A DNA stretch of 64,000 nt from Paramecium tetraurelia. Taxonomy: Eukaryota. Under the pieces are notes generated by a model. It made no database searches. It saw only the letters and a list, made by a program, of their open reading frames with translations, and had not been told where the DNA came from. A program made the position numbers and the translations under genes. The stretch spans positions 178,173-242,172 of the forward strand of contig CT868000.1 in assembly GCA_000165425.1 (NCBI GenBank), read 5' to 3'. Of this stretch, positions 44,530 to 56,632 are shown one piece after another (position 1 is the stretch's first letter; each line of letters opens with the position of its first letter).

Positions 44530-45450
44530 AGTATTTCAGTAAATCGGAGAAGGTAGGAAAGGAAACTTATGGAATAGTAAATAAAGCATGTATAAAGAAA
44601 TTAAAAATTTCAAGGAACATTGTGACGAAGTTGTCTCTTAAAATTTGATAAGAGAGATACAATTGTACTGAAATTGATACGTCCAAGCTTAATAAGATTA
44701 TTATTTTATATAATAATTAAAAGGAAATAATTTTTGGGAACTTATAAATATTACTTCTCTGAATATTAATTAAGAGATTATTTAAAAAATATTGTTGGTA
44801 TCACCTTTGTAATAATAAGAGATTATCATATAGAGATATAAAGTTACAAAACATAATTTTGAATTACATTGAATCGACCGATTTTGGATTCATCAAGAGT
44901 GTTACCATTTCCTTTTTTTGAATTTACAATCGAAATTGAAACTCATGCACACAATGCATTTGAACTAATATTAAGAGATAGCAATCTAGGTAACACAATG
45001 AGAATGATTAATTTAGGAATGCGAAATCATGAATAAGCCAAATGAAGGCTAAGGATAACAGTTAAGTAATATTGATATAATAGAAAGAAATATTGTGCTA
45101 AACTTCATAAAGTACTTATTCGAAAGTTTTTAGATTGAGAAAATTGATGCAAGCAATATATTAATCTCTCCCTTAATTATATACAAGTTTAATTGTCTAA
45201 ATCTATATCTTAAACTTAATTATTTATTAATTCTAATCTCTTCATAGGGATTTCAAATGATGGCTAAGTTATACATACAAATAAGATTGAAAACTATAAG
45301 TTAGGACACTTTGTTTGAGAATTGAATTATTTTTTCGATTTTAAGCTTTCTAGAGCAATCCTTCATTCATCATAAACCGAAGGTTAATATTTTCACAACT
45401 TAAATATTTAAAATATAATTATCTTCAGCAAAATTAGATACCCTTTAATG
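44530..45450 (+). pseudogene. Decayed CDK-like kinase pseudogene
   Basis: Remnants EKVGKETYGIVNKA (~44545), YRDIKLQNII and TDFGF (~44830-44890), with stops, frameshifts and deletions between them. Confidence 0.7.
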
Positions 45451-45618
45451 CTACAATATGAGTTAAAACAAATTGAAACTAGATTCATATTTAAGAAATC
45501 TATGTGAATGAGGTTAAGTAACAGTGAGAAGTTATTACAGAACAATTAGATAGTATGACAAACCCTTTATGAATCAAATATTAATTTCTAATTATAATAT
45601 TGCAATAGACTGATAAAT

Positions 45619-47382
45619 TCAAATAAGTTAACATGAGGATGAATTTGAAGTCTTCTAAGTGCTATTTGCGTTATGATTCTAATTCTGATCCTATTTCTTC
45701 TACTCTACCTAAACCTACTGCTATCCCTAATCCTATTTCTACTGCTATGTCTGGTCCTATTTCTACTCCTATTTCTACTCCTATTTCTACTCCTATTTCT
45801 AATCTTATTTCTAATCTTATTTTTCTTTCTAATTCTCATTTTATTAAGTATTTTAACTTTTCTACTGGGTAGAATTTTAATGATTAGCTTAATTTTATGA
45901 ATTTTGGGAATTTCTTGAATTTTGTAAATCATTCTGGAGCTTTTAAACTTGTTGTTCAAGTCTCTTTATTTTTTATTTTTCTTCTTTTTCTTTTTGTTCT
46001 ATTAGTGCTTAGAATTATGATACCATTACATTCCTATCCTCATTTAATTGAGATATCAACTTCTCAATCACAGAAGTATCCTATTTCTAATTTTAGAGTT
46101 TTTAGTATTCACTCTTTAATTTTTCATTTTCACTTTTCAAAAGTTTTTCCTATCTTTCTTTTTCTTCTAATAATTTTTTTTTATCAATTTCATCTTATTC
46201 TTATTTAACTTTGGCCTACATTGCTTATTGATAAAATGATTCAACGACAGCGAAATATTATTTTATTTATGTTAATTGAGATTTTGCAAATTTATTTGCA
46301 ATTTCAATATTTTTATATCCATCAATGAGATTAGAAAACTCCTCAAAATATTTAAAGACTTTTTAGAAATTTTTACAATTTTGATATGAACTATTAGAGT
46401 CTATTGTCGTTAAAATGTTTTGACATGTCAAAACAAATGCTTCAAACCACTCATAAGGGTTTTTATTTGTTTGATTAAGGATCAATTCTTCCAACTTTTT
46501 GACATTAGTTTAGGCATTGAAAATTTTTTCGTTTGATTATATATTTACTAAATTTGTAATTTAACTCTGAAAATTTTAATCCAAAGCAAATACGTATTCT
46601 TAGATAATCTTTAATGCTTCATTATTTATATATTAACTTATTTTTTCGCTTTGATGCAGTTTTTTTGGGGCATATTCGCAAGGTTTCAAATTTTCAATAC
46701 AAGACCACAGTTTTTGTCTTGATTCTTAATTAAAAATTTAATTAACAACTTCTTAGCTTTAGGCTCCTTTTAAGACATGGATTTCTCTGATGTACTTTGT
46801 ATATTGCGTGAGATCCTATCTTATTTTCTTTAATAATTCTTCAATTGATTATTTTGCAATATAATTATTTAAGATCAAATCAAATGATATATTTTTGTTT
46901 TAAGTATCAAGAGAATTTAGGAATTTTTAGAAATCAGTCGCTCTACCACTAAGTTTAAATGAAGGATTTTCCAATACATAAATAACTTTTAAAGGACCAA
47001 AAGATATAATTTTGTTAAATAGAAGGTCATATAATAATTGATCCTCTTCTCCATTTGTATCTTAAAACCCAGGAAAATCAATAATTAAATGTTTCTTTGC
47101 TTGATTGTAATAGAAATTTGGTGACTTTGTAACAGAATTGATACTATCGTTTATTAAAGAAAACTCTTATTTATTATTGGTTATTGTTAATTGACTCTCA
47201 TTGTTTATTGCGAACTCTGCTCCGCATAAAAAATTGAAAATAGTACTTTTGCCGGACCCTGTTAATCCAACAATCATAACAGTCTTAATATCATTTGGTT
47301 AATTCTTAGGATATTGATTTAACAAGTTTTAACATTTATCTACCATAGCCAATATGTTCTCTGTTTTAATCCCATTATTCAT
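45619..47382 (-). CDS. AIG1/GIMAP-like TRAFAC GTPase with coiled coil, Gln-rich repeat and C-terminal CaaX (587 aa, intronless)
   Basis: Translated line by line with no TGA. G1 GLTGSGKST, G2 SVT, G3 IIDFPGFQDT; ends SSSCQLI*. Confidence 0.88.
45690..45830 (-). repeat. 12-bp-period coding tandem repeat (TAGAAATAGGAG-like) encoding QKQ(D/E) units
   Basis: Plus strand shows repeated ctcctatttcta / atcttatttcta units inside the GTPase 3' end. Confidence 0.9.
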
Positions 47383-47419
47383 TTCAAATTTACTTTAATA
47401 AATGTTTATTTCCCTGAAA

Positions 47420-48400
47420 AAATGTCTAAAAACACCCCTAAAGAATACTCTAGAATTTTAATTAAAGCAATTGTTAAAAAGAATAAAAATTTAATTGACT
47501 ATTTTAAGTAATTTCTAATACTGAAGAAAATTGATTTTTCAAAGGACTGGTCTTCTAATGCATGCTAAGGCTTTGAAAGACACTGTGACTAACCTTGATG
47601 TGCTGATTGCAAATTTGGTTTTTCTAATTATTTTGACGTTCCTGCATGTAGCTTGAAGTCATAACTTTGAGATTAGATCCTACTTTGAGAGAGATCGAAT
47701 GGTAATCCAACTTTCAGCAAAATTTTTTGTGTCCTCTCAAATAAACTCCTTCTACCAATCTAGGAGACCTTATGGGAGCAACTGTTTTTAACTAAATTTA
47801 TAGTAATTTTTAGAGATTATTTTTCCGTTAAGAAATTACGGAAAACAGAAGTGTAATTTATCAAGTAGAGGAGAATTTTTGAGTAAAGCAAAAAAGTAAT
47901 TAATTCTTGAAATTTGATAAAGTTTGATTAAAAAAGGAAGTTGATATTTTTTTTAAATTTCTAACTTCAGCTATTTTTTTGTATTTTTTCCTTATGGTTG
48001 ATCTATCAAATCCTCCTACACTTAGTAATTATATTGCTGCTACATTTTGAGCTTGCACCTTTGTGTTGAAAAATATTGTGACATTATTTTACTTTTGCCT
48101 TTCCCAATCATACAAATAGGTATCTATGAGAAAACAGTCATAAATTCTTAAGGATACTCAACAAGTTTTATCAGCACTTTTTATCACTTGTCTTCCTAAT
48201 TTTTTTTATTCATAACAAAATGTTGATATGCTTTATAATGTTTAATAGGTAGACGATTATTTATGGGAGGAAGTAAATTTCCTTTTTGTTCAATATTATA
48301 CAAGTATGATTTGAGATTAGTTCTGGTTTTTAATAGTTGCTTTTTCCAAAAATTTAAATGAAAAGACTTAAGGAAGGTGATACCTAGATTAAACATGATT
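47420..48400 (-). pseudogene. Degenerate coding relic upstream of the GTPase
   Basis: Higher-GC coding-like segments with TGAs in the frames read and no consistent intron solution. Strand and boundaries uncertain. Confidence 0.35.
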
Positions 48401-48525
48401 TGATGAAATTGGACAATTTATAATTAATGCTGTAATTTAATCCAATTAAAAGAACTTAAGTGAAGTATTATTATAACACAATTTGTTTAATGATATTAGA
48501 TATAATTATTGATTATTGTATATCA

Positions 48526-49653
48526 TCATTATTATTTCTCTTCCTAGACTAGTTTTAATAACATTTCTTAATAGGCTTCTGTCCAATTTTAGACATACCA
48601 GTCATATTGGGAACTATCTGGGTTGAAATAATCAAAGCATTCTTCTTTAGACATTTCGTATTTGGATGATGTTTATAAGAAACAAGAATGGTTGTTGTTG
48701 TGTTCGAATTTTCTATTTTTGGTTGATTATTATTGGCCTGTCAATTATAAGAAACTAGAGTGGGATCTAGACTTGAGTTGTTCTTCCAAATTGATAGAGC
48801 CATGATAGATTTCAAAAGCGAAGGAATATCTAATTTTCAATTCATCATAAGCATAATCGACACAACTTCCTGGTGCCAAATAACCAATGGCTTATGATGC
48901 AACCCCAACATCACATGATGGACAATACTTGCCAGATATATCATTAAGAATGTCCATCATTTTTTCTTCATTTTGTTCAGCTAGAATTATTGAGTTTATG
49001 ATTTACCTGCATCTGTTGAATAAGCATGAGGTGTAAACATTCCCAAAGTACCAGAATGCACGGTTAAGAATATGTGTGGGTTAAATGATTTTAAAGAATC
49101 ACGCACTGCTCTAGTTTCAGGTTCAGAAAATGGGTTTGGTCCAGATGTTACTTATCTGACATCATCTTGAACCTTTTCCCAATGTGCATCATAATTTCTA
49201 TTTATATCCACTCCATTTTCATTCTCTCTTAAACAATATTCTCCTCCTTCTACTTTCTGTCTAGATAGTGGATTTGCATTAAGAATCAGTCTTAATTCGA
49301 AATTATCAAGAATCTGTTGGTTTTTTGGATCGGTTTTTTCATAGCATAAGTCGTTTAAGAAATGAATTCCTGATTCTGGACTGATCAATTCTCTTGGATG
49401 TTCACCAAACAAAATGTAAGCTGTGCATATATATACCCAATTCAATACCCCTGTACTTTTTGTTTTGATTTCTATTAATGTTCACTTCCTTAATTTATGG
49501 ACTATCAGAAGCATTTGATAATGACAAGAATGAGCAACTACGACTCAAAGATTCTAATTCCTCATTCAATTCTGCTGTTGTGTGGTACTTGCTACTGAAC
49601 TTAGTTGCAAAAACCAATGACAGGCTCAAGGTGACAATTAATGCAATTTTCAT
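48526..49653 (-). CDS. Secreted zinc carboxypeptidase (M14 family)
   Basis: Signal peptide; HxxE in FGEHPRE; RENENGVDINRNY; GPKPFSEPETRA; TVHSG; 28-nt first intron. Confidence 0.92.
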
Positions 49654-49683
49654 AATATAATAAAAACGGAACTTAGTTTAATT

Positions 49684-50823
49684 TCAGAATTATAATATTT
49701 TATTTGTGTGATTGAAAGGACTTCCATTAGCATATTTCATCATTACTGGAGTTGCATAGATTGTAGGAGTTGAAGTTTTGGGTTATTCGTATGAATGATT
49801 GGATTGATAGGCATTCAAATTGTTACATTGAGGTTGAATTCTCATACTTAATTGCTAATGATGCTATTGAGCCTGAAAATACTGACTAAAGTAATGATTA
49901 CGAGGCTCAACATTAGGTGATTTATTGAGTTGTTTATAATGTTAACTATTATTGTTCCTTATAACTGGTTATTGCTTGACTCCTGGCTCACTAACCTAAG
50001 TCAAGCATCTGTTTTTTGAATCGCTCTTCATCTATTTGACAATCAATTACTCCAGCATTTATTTTGTCATCGACTTTTACTACTATATCAACTCAGCATT
50101 TAATTATTTTAGCCGTTTAATTTCATCAAGCAATACTTAAATTTCATCTGTGTGTTTAATTGACTTGCTCTCCTGATTCTTTGTAATGATCTTCTTCTTA
50201 TCAAAATCAAATTCTATCTCTATCTCCTCAGACCCCTGCTTCAGTAACTTATCTTATTGTTACAATAAAATCTGATTCAATTTCTTCTCCAACATCCAAT
50301 AATTCCTTTTCCAATCATCCAATTCCAATTCCATCTTCTGAATCATCTCGACTAATTTTGTTACTTTATATACAATAAAAGTCTCCTGATCACATTACAA
50401 ATCAATCGCATCATCCATTTCAATTTTATCCAAAATCTTCATTAAATTATTTGTATCTATCTTCCCCTAAGTGACCTATGATTAACACAGACTCCTCTGA
50501 TAAAATTCAGTCTCCTCTTGTATAACCTGAAGATCATTCTCATCACAACGCTAGTCCTCAAAAATAGAGTTATCCAAATTGCACTTCAACTAAACAATTT
50601 CTCTGTTGTGAATTCGCTCCTATTCCTCATACTTCTCTTCCCACATCTACTTATAAAAATCATATTACTTTTATTTATTCTCTTAATCCTGAAATCTCTT
50701 CCTCCAATTGCTAAATCGTTGTCTTTAGATGCTACTATTAATAATCTACCTTACTTCATAATCCTGATGTTTTTAAACTGAAGTAGTAGCTGATTCACTG
50801 CCTGTTGATTAATTTACAAGCAT
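49684..50823 (-). CDS. Coiled-coil hypothetical protein
   Basis: ATG 50823, two tiny introns near the 5' end, TGA 49684-49686. Confidence 0.7.
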
Positions 50824-51556
50824 TGTTATATAAAAATTATAAATAATTAATAAATTGAAATCATTAGAAACTTCAGGCCTATCAAGATTGAACAAACTCT
50901 TTAAAAACTAATCTACACATTATTCAATCAATTAAATATTTCTCAACGCGTATATTGCTAAATTTTTAATAAAAACAAATAAAATCAAGTACTCATTAAA
51001 GATCAAAAAAGAATACTAGAATTAATTTAGAAGAATTAATAGTATTGTTCACACATTAAATTTAATTAGCATAAGCAAAACATAGCCTTATTTTGATAAT
51101 TTTAAGAATATTATTAATTTAATAGAATAAATTAAATTTAGTTCTTACTATAGTTTCTGCACAAAAAGATTTGCTAAAATGAAGTATTTATATATAAATT
51201 TAAAAACAAAATATACTTATTTTAGTGTGATTTATATTCTATTGAATTATCAGACTAAAATTTAATAAATTAATAAATAATAGTATTTTTTTAAATTTGT
51301 ATTTCAGGCTGTTAGGTTATTTATTATCTCCTCTATTAGCTAGAATTTTTCAAAACTTTGATTTCAATAGTAACACCTTATTCAGATAATTGCCATATTC
51401 ATCTAATTACCTTATCTCCTTACATTTTGGAGATAAAAATTCTCAATTTTATCATATATGTTAAACTAAACAATAATCGTGAGTTAAAAATCATATATTT
51501 AACACTTGCAGCATAAGAATACTTTATGTTATAATTGGCATTTATATATATTTATA

Positions 51557-53418
51557 TCACTTTTCAATACATTAAATGAAATATCTTAATTGTTCTTATA
51601 ATTAGTCCAAAGTAGTTACTTCTTCTGCTTCTTCCTATTAACTACGCTCGTCATTTTAAATAAGCACTAAAGCAAGCCATTACATCACTTGTATGAATTC
51701 ATAATAAAATAAGCCTTCAAACCCATTAAATTTTTCATCATGAAACAATTCTTTATATGCTGTCTTAATGATTCCATCCAGATTGTCTCCTTTATAGCCG
51801 GAATCTTGGATTAGTTATTTAATTTCCTCCTATCTGATATGGAATTTAATGTCAGAATTATCATCATTCCCTTGGCTAAATCTTTTAATGAATATATTCT
51901 GCATTTAATCTTAAATTTCCTAAGTAGATATTATTTCGATATACCCGAATAAAATTGACTAAAATTTCATTGTACTTCATATGTTATTAGAAATTATTGA
52001 ATTCTTTTTCATCAGCGTTAATTTCAATTATTTTATCTACAATCTTCGTGACTAATTGATCTTGGGCTAGAATGATATTATTAGATATATTGTACATTCT
52101 ACTTCACTAAGATTATTAGTTTTTTTAAATTAAGCCAATTCTACAATGATCACAAAGAACTCTTGAAATTTAACAGACAATTCCAAGCTTTTTCTGACAT
52201 CTTTTGATTTAGTTCCCTATTTATCATATGTTTCCACAAAAGAAAATAGTTCCTGACTATCTTGTACTAATCCATACTAATGTTAAATTGGAGATTGAAT
52301 ACAAATTTTAAGAAGTGCATCACATCCTAAAATGAGATACTAATTTCATCTTTTTTTGCATGATCTGTATTATAAAGAATAGCATATTGTCGAAATACTT
52401 CGTAAAGTAGAGGCAATTTATCATCCATATAGGCAGCAATCTTATTGTAAAAGTTTTCTTCCTTTTGATAAACAATATATTATATACTAGATCTTTAAGT
52501 TCAAGATTGCCCTCTGCATTTTTTTAAATGATTGTCCAGAGCTTCTCAAATTTATAAGGACACTCTTCGGCAGCAGATTGTTTATTTTTTTAACTATCTT
52601 CCCTCTTTTGTATCTGCTATTGTTGGAGATCCTTTTCTTTTTGTTAAGCGTATTCCATGATCTTTTTTTGTATTTCCTATTGAGAAATGGGGACAGGATT
52701 GAGTCTTGCTGTGTGATCAAAGTTTTTCATGTCCAATGCAAAGATAGATTGTTGTGGTTCTTAGCCTTCTTTTTCTGTGATAATTTAGCCATAGAATTAG
52801 AATGTGAATTAGCCAAGAGGAAGAGTGATTTCTGCAAAATACTTTTTAAAATTATCTCCAGCTCTAGAGATAGAATAATAATATAATGAACTTGATTTCT
52901 TTCATGATGATTTTATCTTTGCTTGGATAATTTTTAGTATCGAATTCATGCATGACTTCAGGGAACATCTTATACTCGTATTGGATGAGATATGTTGGTT
53001 CTTGGCGATTGACGACTTTCTAATTTAATGGAGCCAATTAAAAGGTGGCAGTGAATTGATTTCTCATCTTTCCAAAGGCTTCATCATACCATTCTAATAT
53101 AGTGGTATTGATAATACTTTCTTATTGATCAGTCATAATCCATCCTTATCCTTTCCTTATTTCTACTTGCACTAAGGTTTCTTTGCCTTCTTCATCTTCT
53201 TTGAGATAGTCGAAGATTTTGGCACGTGGGGGAGGAGTTAAAAACATGTCAGTTCCAGGGACTCTGAATTGCAAATAGCAGGGAAGATAATTGGAGTCAG
53301 GATTCTTTTTGTTGGAATAGAGTTTGGCAGCGGCAAGGGCAAACCATGCGAAATCATTCAATCCTTGTCCTACATTGATGTAGAAGACGAATTCTTCGAC
53401 TTATACTTTAAATTTCAT
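51557..53418 (-). CDS. Hypothetical protein with a Par3/HAL-N-like N-terminal beta-grasp segment and EF-hand-like helices
   Basis: MKFKVQVEEFVFYINVGQGLNDFAWFALAAAKLY N-terminus; frames joined by 26-nt introns; TGA 51557-51559. Domain calls are tentative. Confidence 0.65.
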
Positions 53419-53435
53419 TATTATTAATTATTTTA

Positions 53436-54259
53436 ATGGGAATTTGTACTAATAAGTAATATGCTTAAGCCAGTGAACCTCCTCAGAATCACAGACAGAA
53501 TCGATTATATTTAAACTATCAACAATTGGCAAATATCAATCACCCTCTGAATGTGAATCACAAATACAACAACTACTTCCAAATCATACCAGATACCACT
53601 GCTAGGGAAGGGCATTAAAATGACCAATCAATACACGAGTCGTCTGAGCAGAGAGGAGTGGCTGGAGAAGAGGAAGGAATTTTGGGGTAGGATTTTATAA
53701 GTTATTTAAAGAATCGAGGGTTGAGGGAGAGAGAGTTTATTGGCAATCAATCTAAAAAGCAATTGAAGAACAGGATGAAGGTATTGTCATCAATATGTAG
53801 CCAATGCATAAGCAATTCTCAATGCATGTGATCTCAAATTGGTTAATAATTCCATTCAGCTACTTTACGACGCCTCCATGCATAAATATGATGTCCCAGT
53901 CTTTATGATCAATGAACCTCAATCTTTCCCCTCCACCAAGTTTTGTGATGCTGGGTTGATTCAGGATTTTCAAGAAACGGAATTAAAAGTATATATTTGT
54001 TAAGGATAATCTATTCCCAGATCAAAGTGAGATCTAACAAACTGCCTTAGGATTTCGAGATTGTTACTCACACCAACCAAAGCATTGCTGACTTAAAGAC
54101 AAAGGTTCAGGAGTCATCTCCAGGAATTGATTAGTGCAGGCTCTTCTTCAAAGGCAGAGAGATGAAGAATCATCATCTCATTGGAAATTATTAATTAAAA
54201 GACGGAGAAGTATAACCCTTTACTATTCATTTATCTAGATGGTCCAGGCCTTTATGTGA
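53436..54259 (+). CDS. UBTD1/2-like (DC-UbP plus ubiquitin-like) protein; +1 frameshift near 53595
   Basis: MGIC start; EWLEKRKEFWESRVEGERVYWQSIQKA; LLYDASMHKYDVPVFMINEP; C-terminal Ubl CRLFFKGREM. Confidence 0.85.
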
Positions 54260-54292
54260 TATTACTTATTAACAAACAATATTATATTTATA

Positions 54293-55503
54293 ATGGCATT
54301 AATTCACAATCAGAATGACATACAAAACATGTTTAGCAAGGCTGGCAAAATCACCTCAGAAAAATATATTGTCTTCCAAAGAAAAGATGAAATTATCAAC
54401 AATAAACCAAGATATTATAACACCAAATCCTTATCAGTTTCATCTCCTGAAGAACCCAACCTATAATCCGAAAAGAAAACTGCAGATACCCTTACCAAAA
54501 AGCCAGAACAAATTACTGAAACAGAACTCGTCCAACGCAAAAATCAACTCAAACTCTCCTAACCCTTCTCTAAACAACTCTCTCGACAAGTCGGACATTA
54601 TACCAAGCTCAGTAATGATAGCAAACCCTCCTGTGGACAATATCATGTCAAGTACATTCCATTCACGATTATGACAAATCCCTAAAGCAAACCACTCCCG
54701 GAGTCGTATAAGGAAAGCTTGGATAACCAGAATGCATTGAGTAACTCATTATTGCGTCTATTCAAGCAAACCTATTGTTGATCGACCTAGATTTTCTCGT
54801 ACTTGTTTCACAGATCTGACCAGGTAAACTCAAAGGTAATCAAATTCATCCTACTGAATAGACCTGACATCTTCTTTGGAAGACCTACTCCACATCCAGA
54901 TAGATTCACATTCTTGGGTGTCACCAATTCTTGGAGTAAAATCCCAAGAACCCCCAATGTTTAATTGGACAAGTAATTGTCAAGGGATTAAATGATCATT
55001 TATAAAAAGAAATAATTTGCCCCAGATTATCATCCCAATTTTGAATTCGGTAGAAAGTATTATAAATATTCTAATTCAATTAGACAATTAGGTAGTTGTG
55101 GAGCTCCCTTCGATAAACTTGAAATCAGAAAGGATATTATGACCAAAATACCTCCCTATAATAATGAGGCCTATTTTGAATTTGATGTCTACTCAAAAGA
55201 TCCATAAAGTAAATTATTTAGAAATCCTACTGCCCCTAATTTTGAAAGAATGCTAGAAAGAGAGTGCGATGGAAAGTCATTGTTACCCAGCTTTATGTAG
55301 GTAAATTATTCATTAAAAATGAGAAATACACCAATACTAGGATGGGGATTGCTCATTTGAATCAAAAAATGTTAGAAGTCAACAATTTTAGAGATGGTAG
55401 ATTTCAAACTGTCACTACAAGTTTTGCCCCATCAAAATTAAAAAAAAAATAACACCTTGATGAGTCCAGCGAAGAAATTGAATAGATTGAAGACTAATAA
55501 TGA
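54293..55503 (+). CDS. Probable ciliary repeat protein (weak STPG/SHIPPO-like); frame lesion near 54655
   Basis: PSCGQYHV and APDYHPNF motifs; introns 54741-54766 and ~54836-54861; TGA 55501-55503. Confidence 0.55.
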
Positions 55504-55861
55504 ATTTATTTTATTTAATTATATTAATCATCCATGGACTTTAGTAGTTTTATCACAATAGGAAATTGGTACTGTTTACTTCAATTTCGAAGTTGCCCAT
55601 CGTCTTTGATTGAAAATTCGTTGTGTATATTTCAAATAAAATTACTTCTCTCGTCTATAAATCTTAGTTAAAATAATTTATATAATTCAGTTTTTTAAAA
55701 AAAAGTTTTTATTACATTTTGATTTAAGCATCTTGGCCTTGGGCTAAAATAATGGTCAATTGAAGCATTATCACACATATAGGAATATTTCGTATCTTAT
55801 TTCTAAGATTATTAAGTTTATTAGATTATTTTTTCTCATTACTTTTAATTTCTAAAATTTT

Positions 55862-56632
55862 ATGAACGTCTTTCAAAATAATGGTCAAATCTCTTCAAAT
55901 CCTAACATTTCTGTGATTTTCAACCATGTTTAAGAGCAAATTCAATAATAGCATTTCGAAATTCAACAGATGTAAATTGAGAGATAAAAGACTTACGAAA
56001 AGTTGAAAAAACACCTAGATAAGCTTAATCTATTAGTTTATCGAATGACCAACCAATAGATTGTTTAATAAGTAGACTCTAAATCCAACATTTGTAATCA
56101 GTAATACAAATATGAAATTTAAATGGATCAAGATCTAGAGCTTCCATGCTATAGGAATAGAATTTTTTAAATAAGACTTCGACTTGTTGAAAATTAAAAG
56201 GTCATTTGTAATGCCAATAATATCCTTGTGGAGTTACAAGTGTAAAATAGTACTTAATATTAGTTGGACCTACGATAATCAACCAAAAAAGCTGAGTCAT
56301 AACAACAAAAACTAATCTATATACAAGGGATGCTAATAAACCATTATTAAGAAAGGCTATGGATGTTTGAATAGAATACAGATTAAGGAAGTTTCTTCTC
56401 ATTTTCCAAGAGGAGTATTTCAACTCATAGTACTTCCTATAGAAGATGGTGCCGTGGTAGGAAATGAAAGGTATTAAATTCAATAATAGATAGTAAATTA
56501 CATATAAAAAAAGAATTGGTCAAACCTCTAGTTATCAATGATGTTTCAATTAAGGCAAAAAAGTTTTCAGATAGACACTGTCCATATTTTGCCAAATCTG
56601 ATGGAACAATTAATTTAATTGAATAAAACTGA
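55862..56632 (+). CDS. Coiled-coil plus beta-sandwich protein; candidate CudA/STAT-like DNA-binding factor
   Basis: Clean three-exon model (22- and 23-nt introns); RIQIKEVSSHFPRGVFQLIVLP...VKPLVINDVSIKAKK. The gene is well supported; the fold is inferred. Confidence 0.7.

Noticed and set aside
45633..46208. Track ORFs that look like an RS-repeat protein, a Leu-rich membrane protein and a PIST-repeat protein
   Set aside because: They are alternative-frame and antisense shadows of the Gln/Lys-rich GTPase tail.
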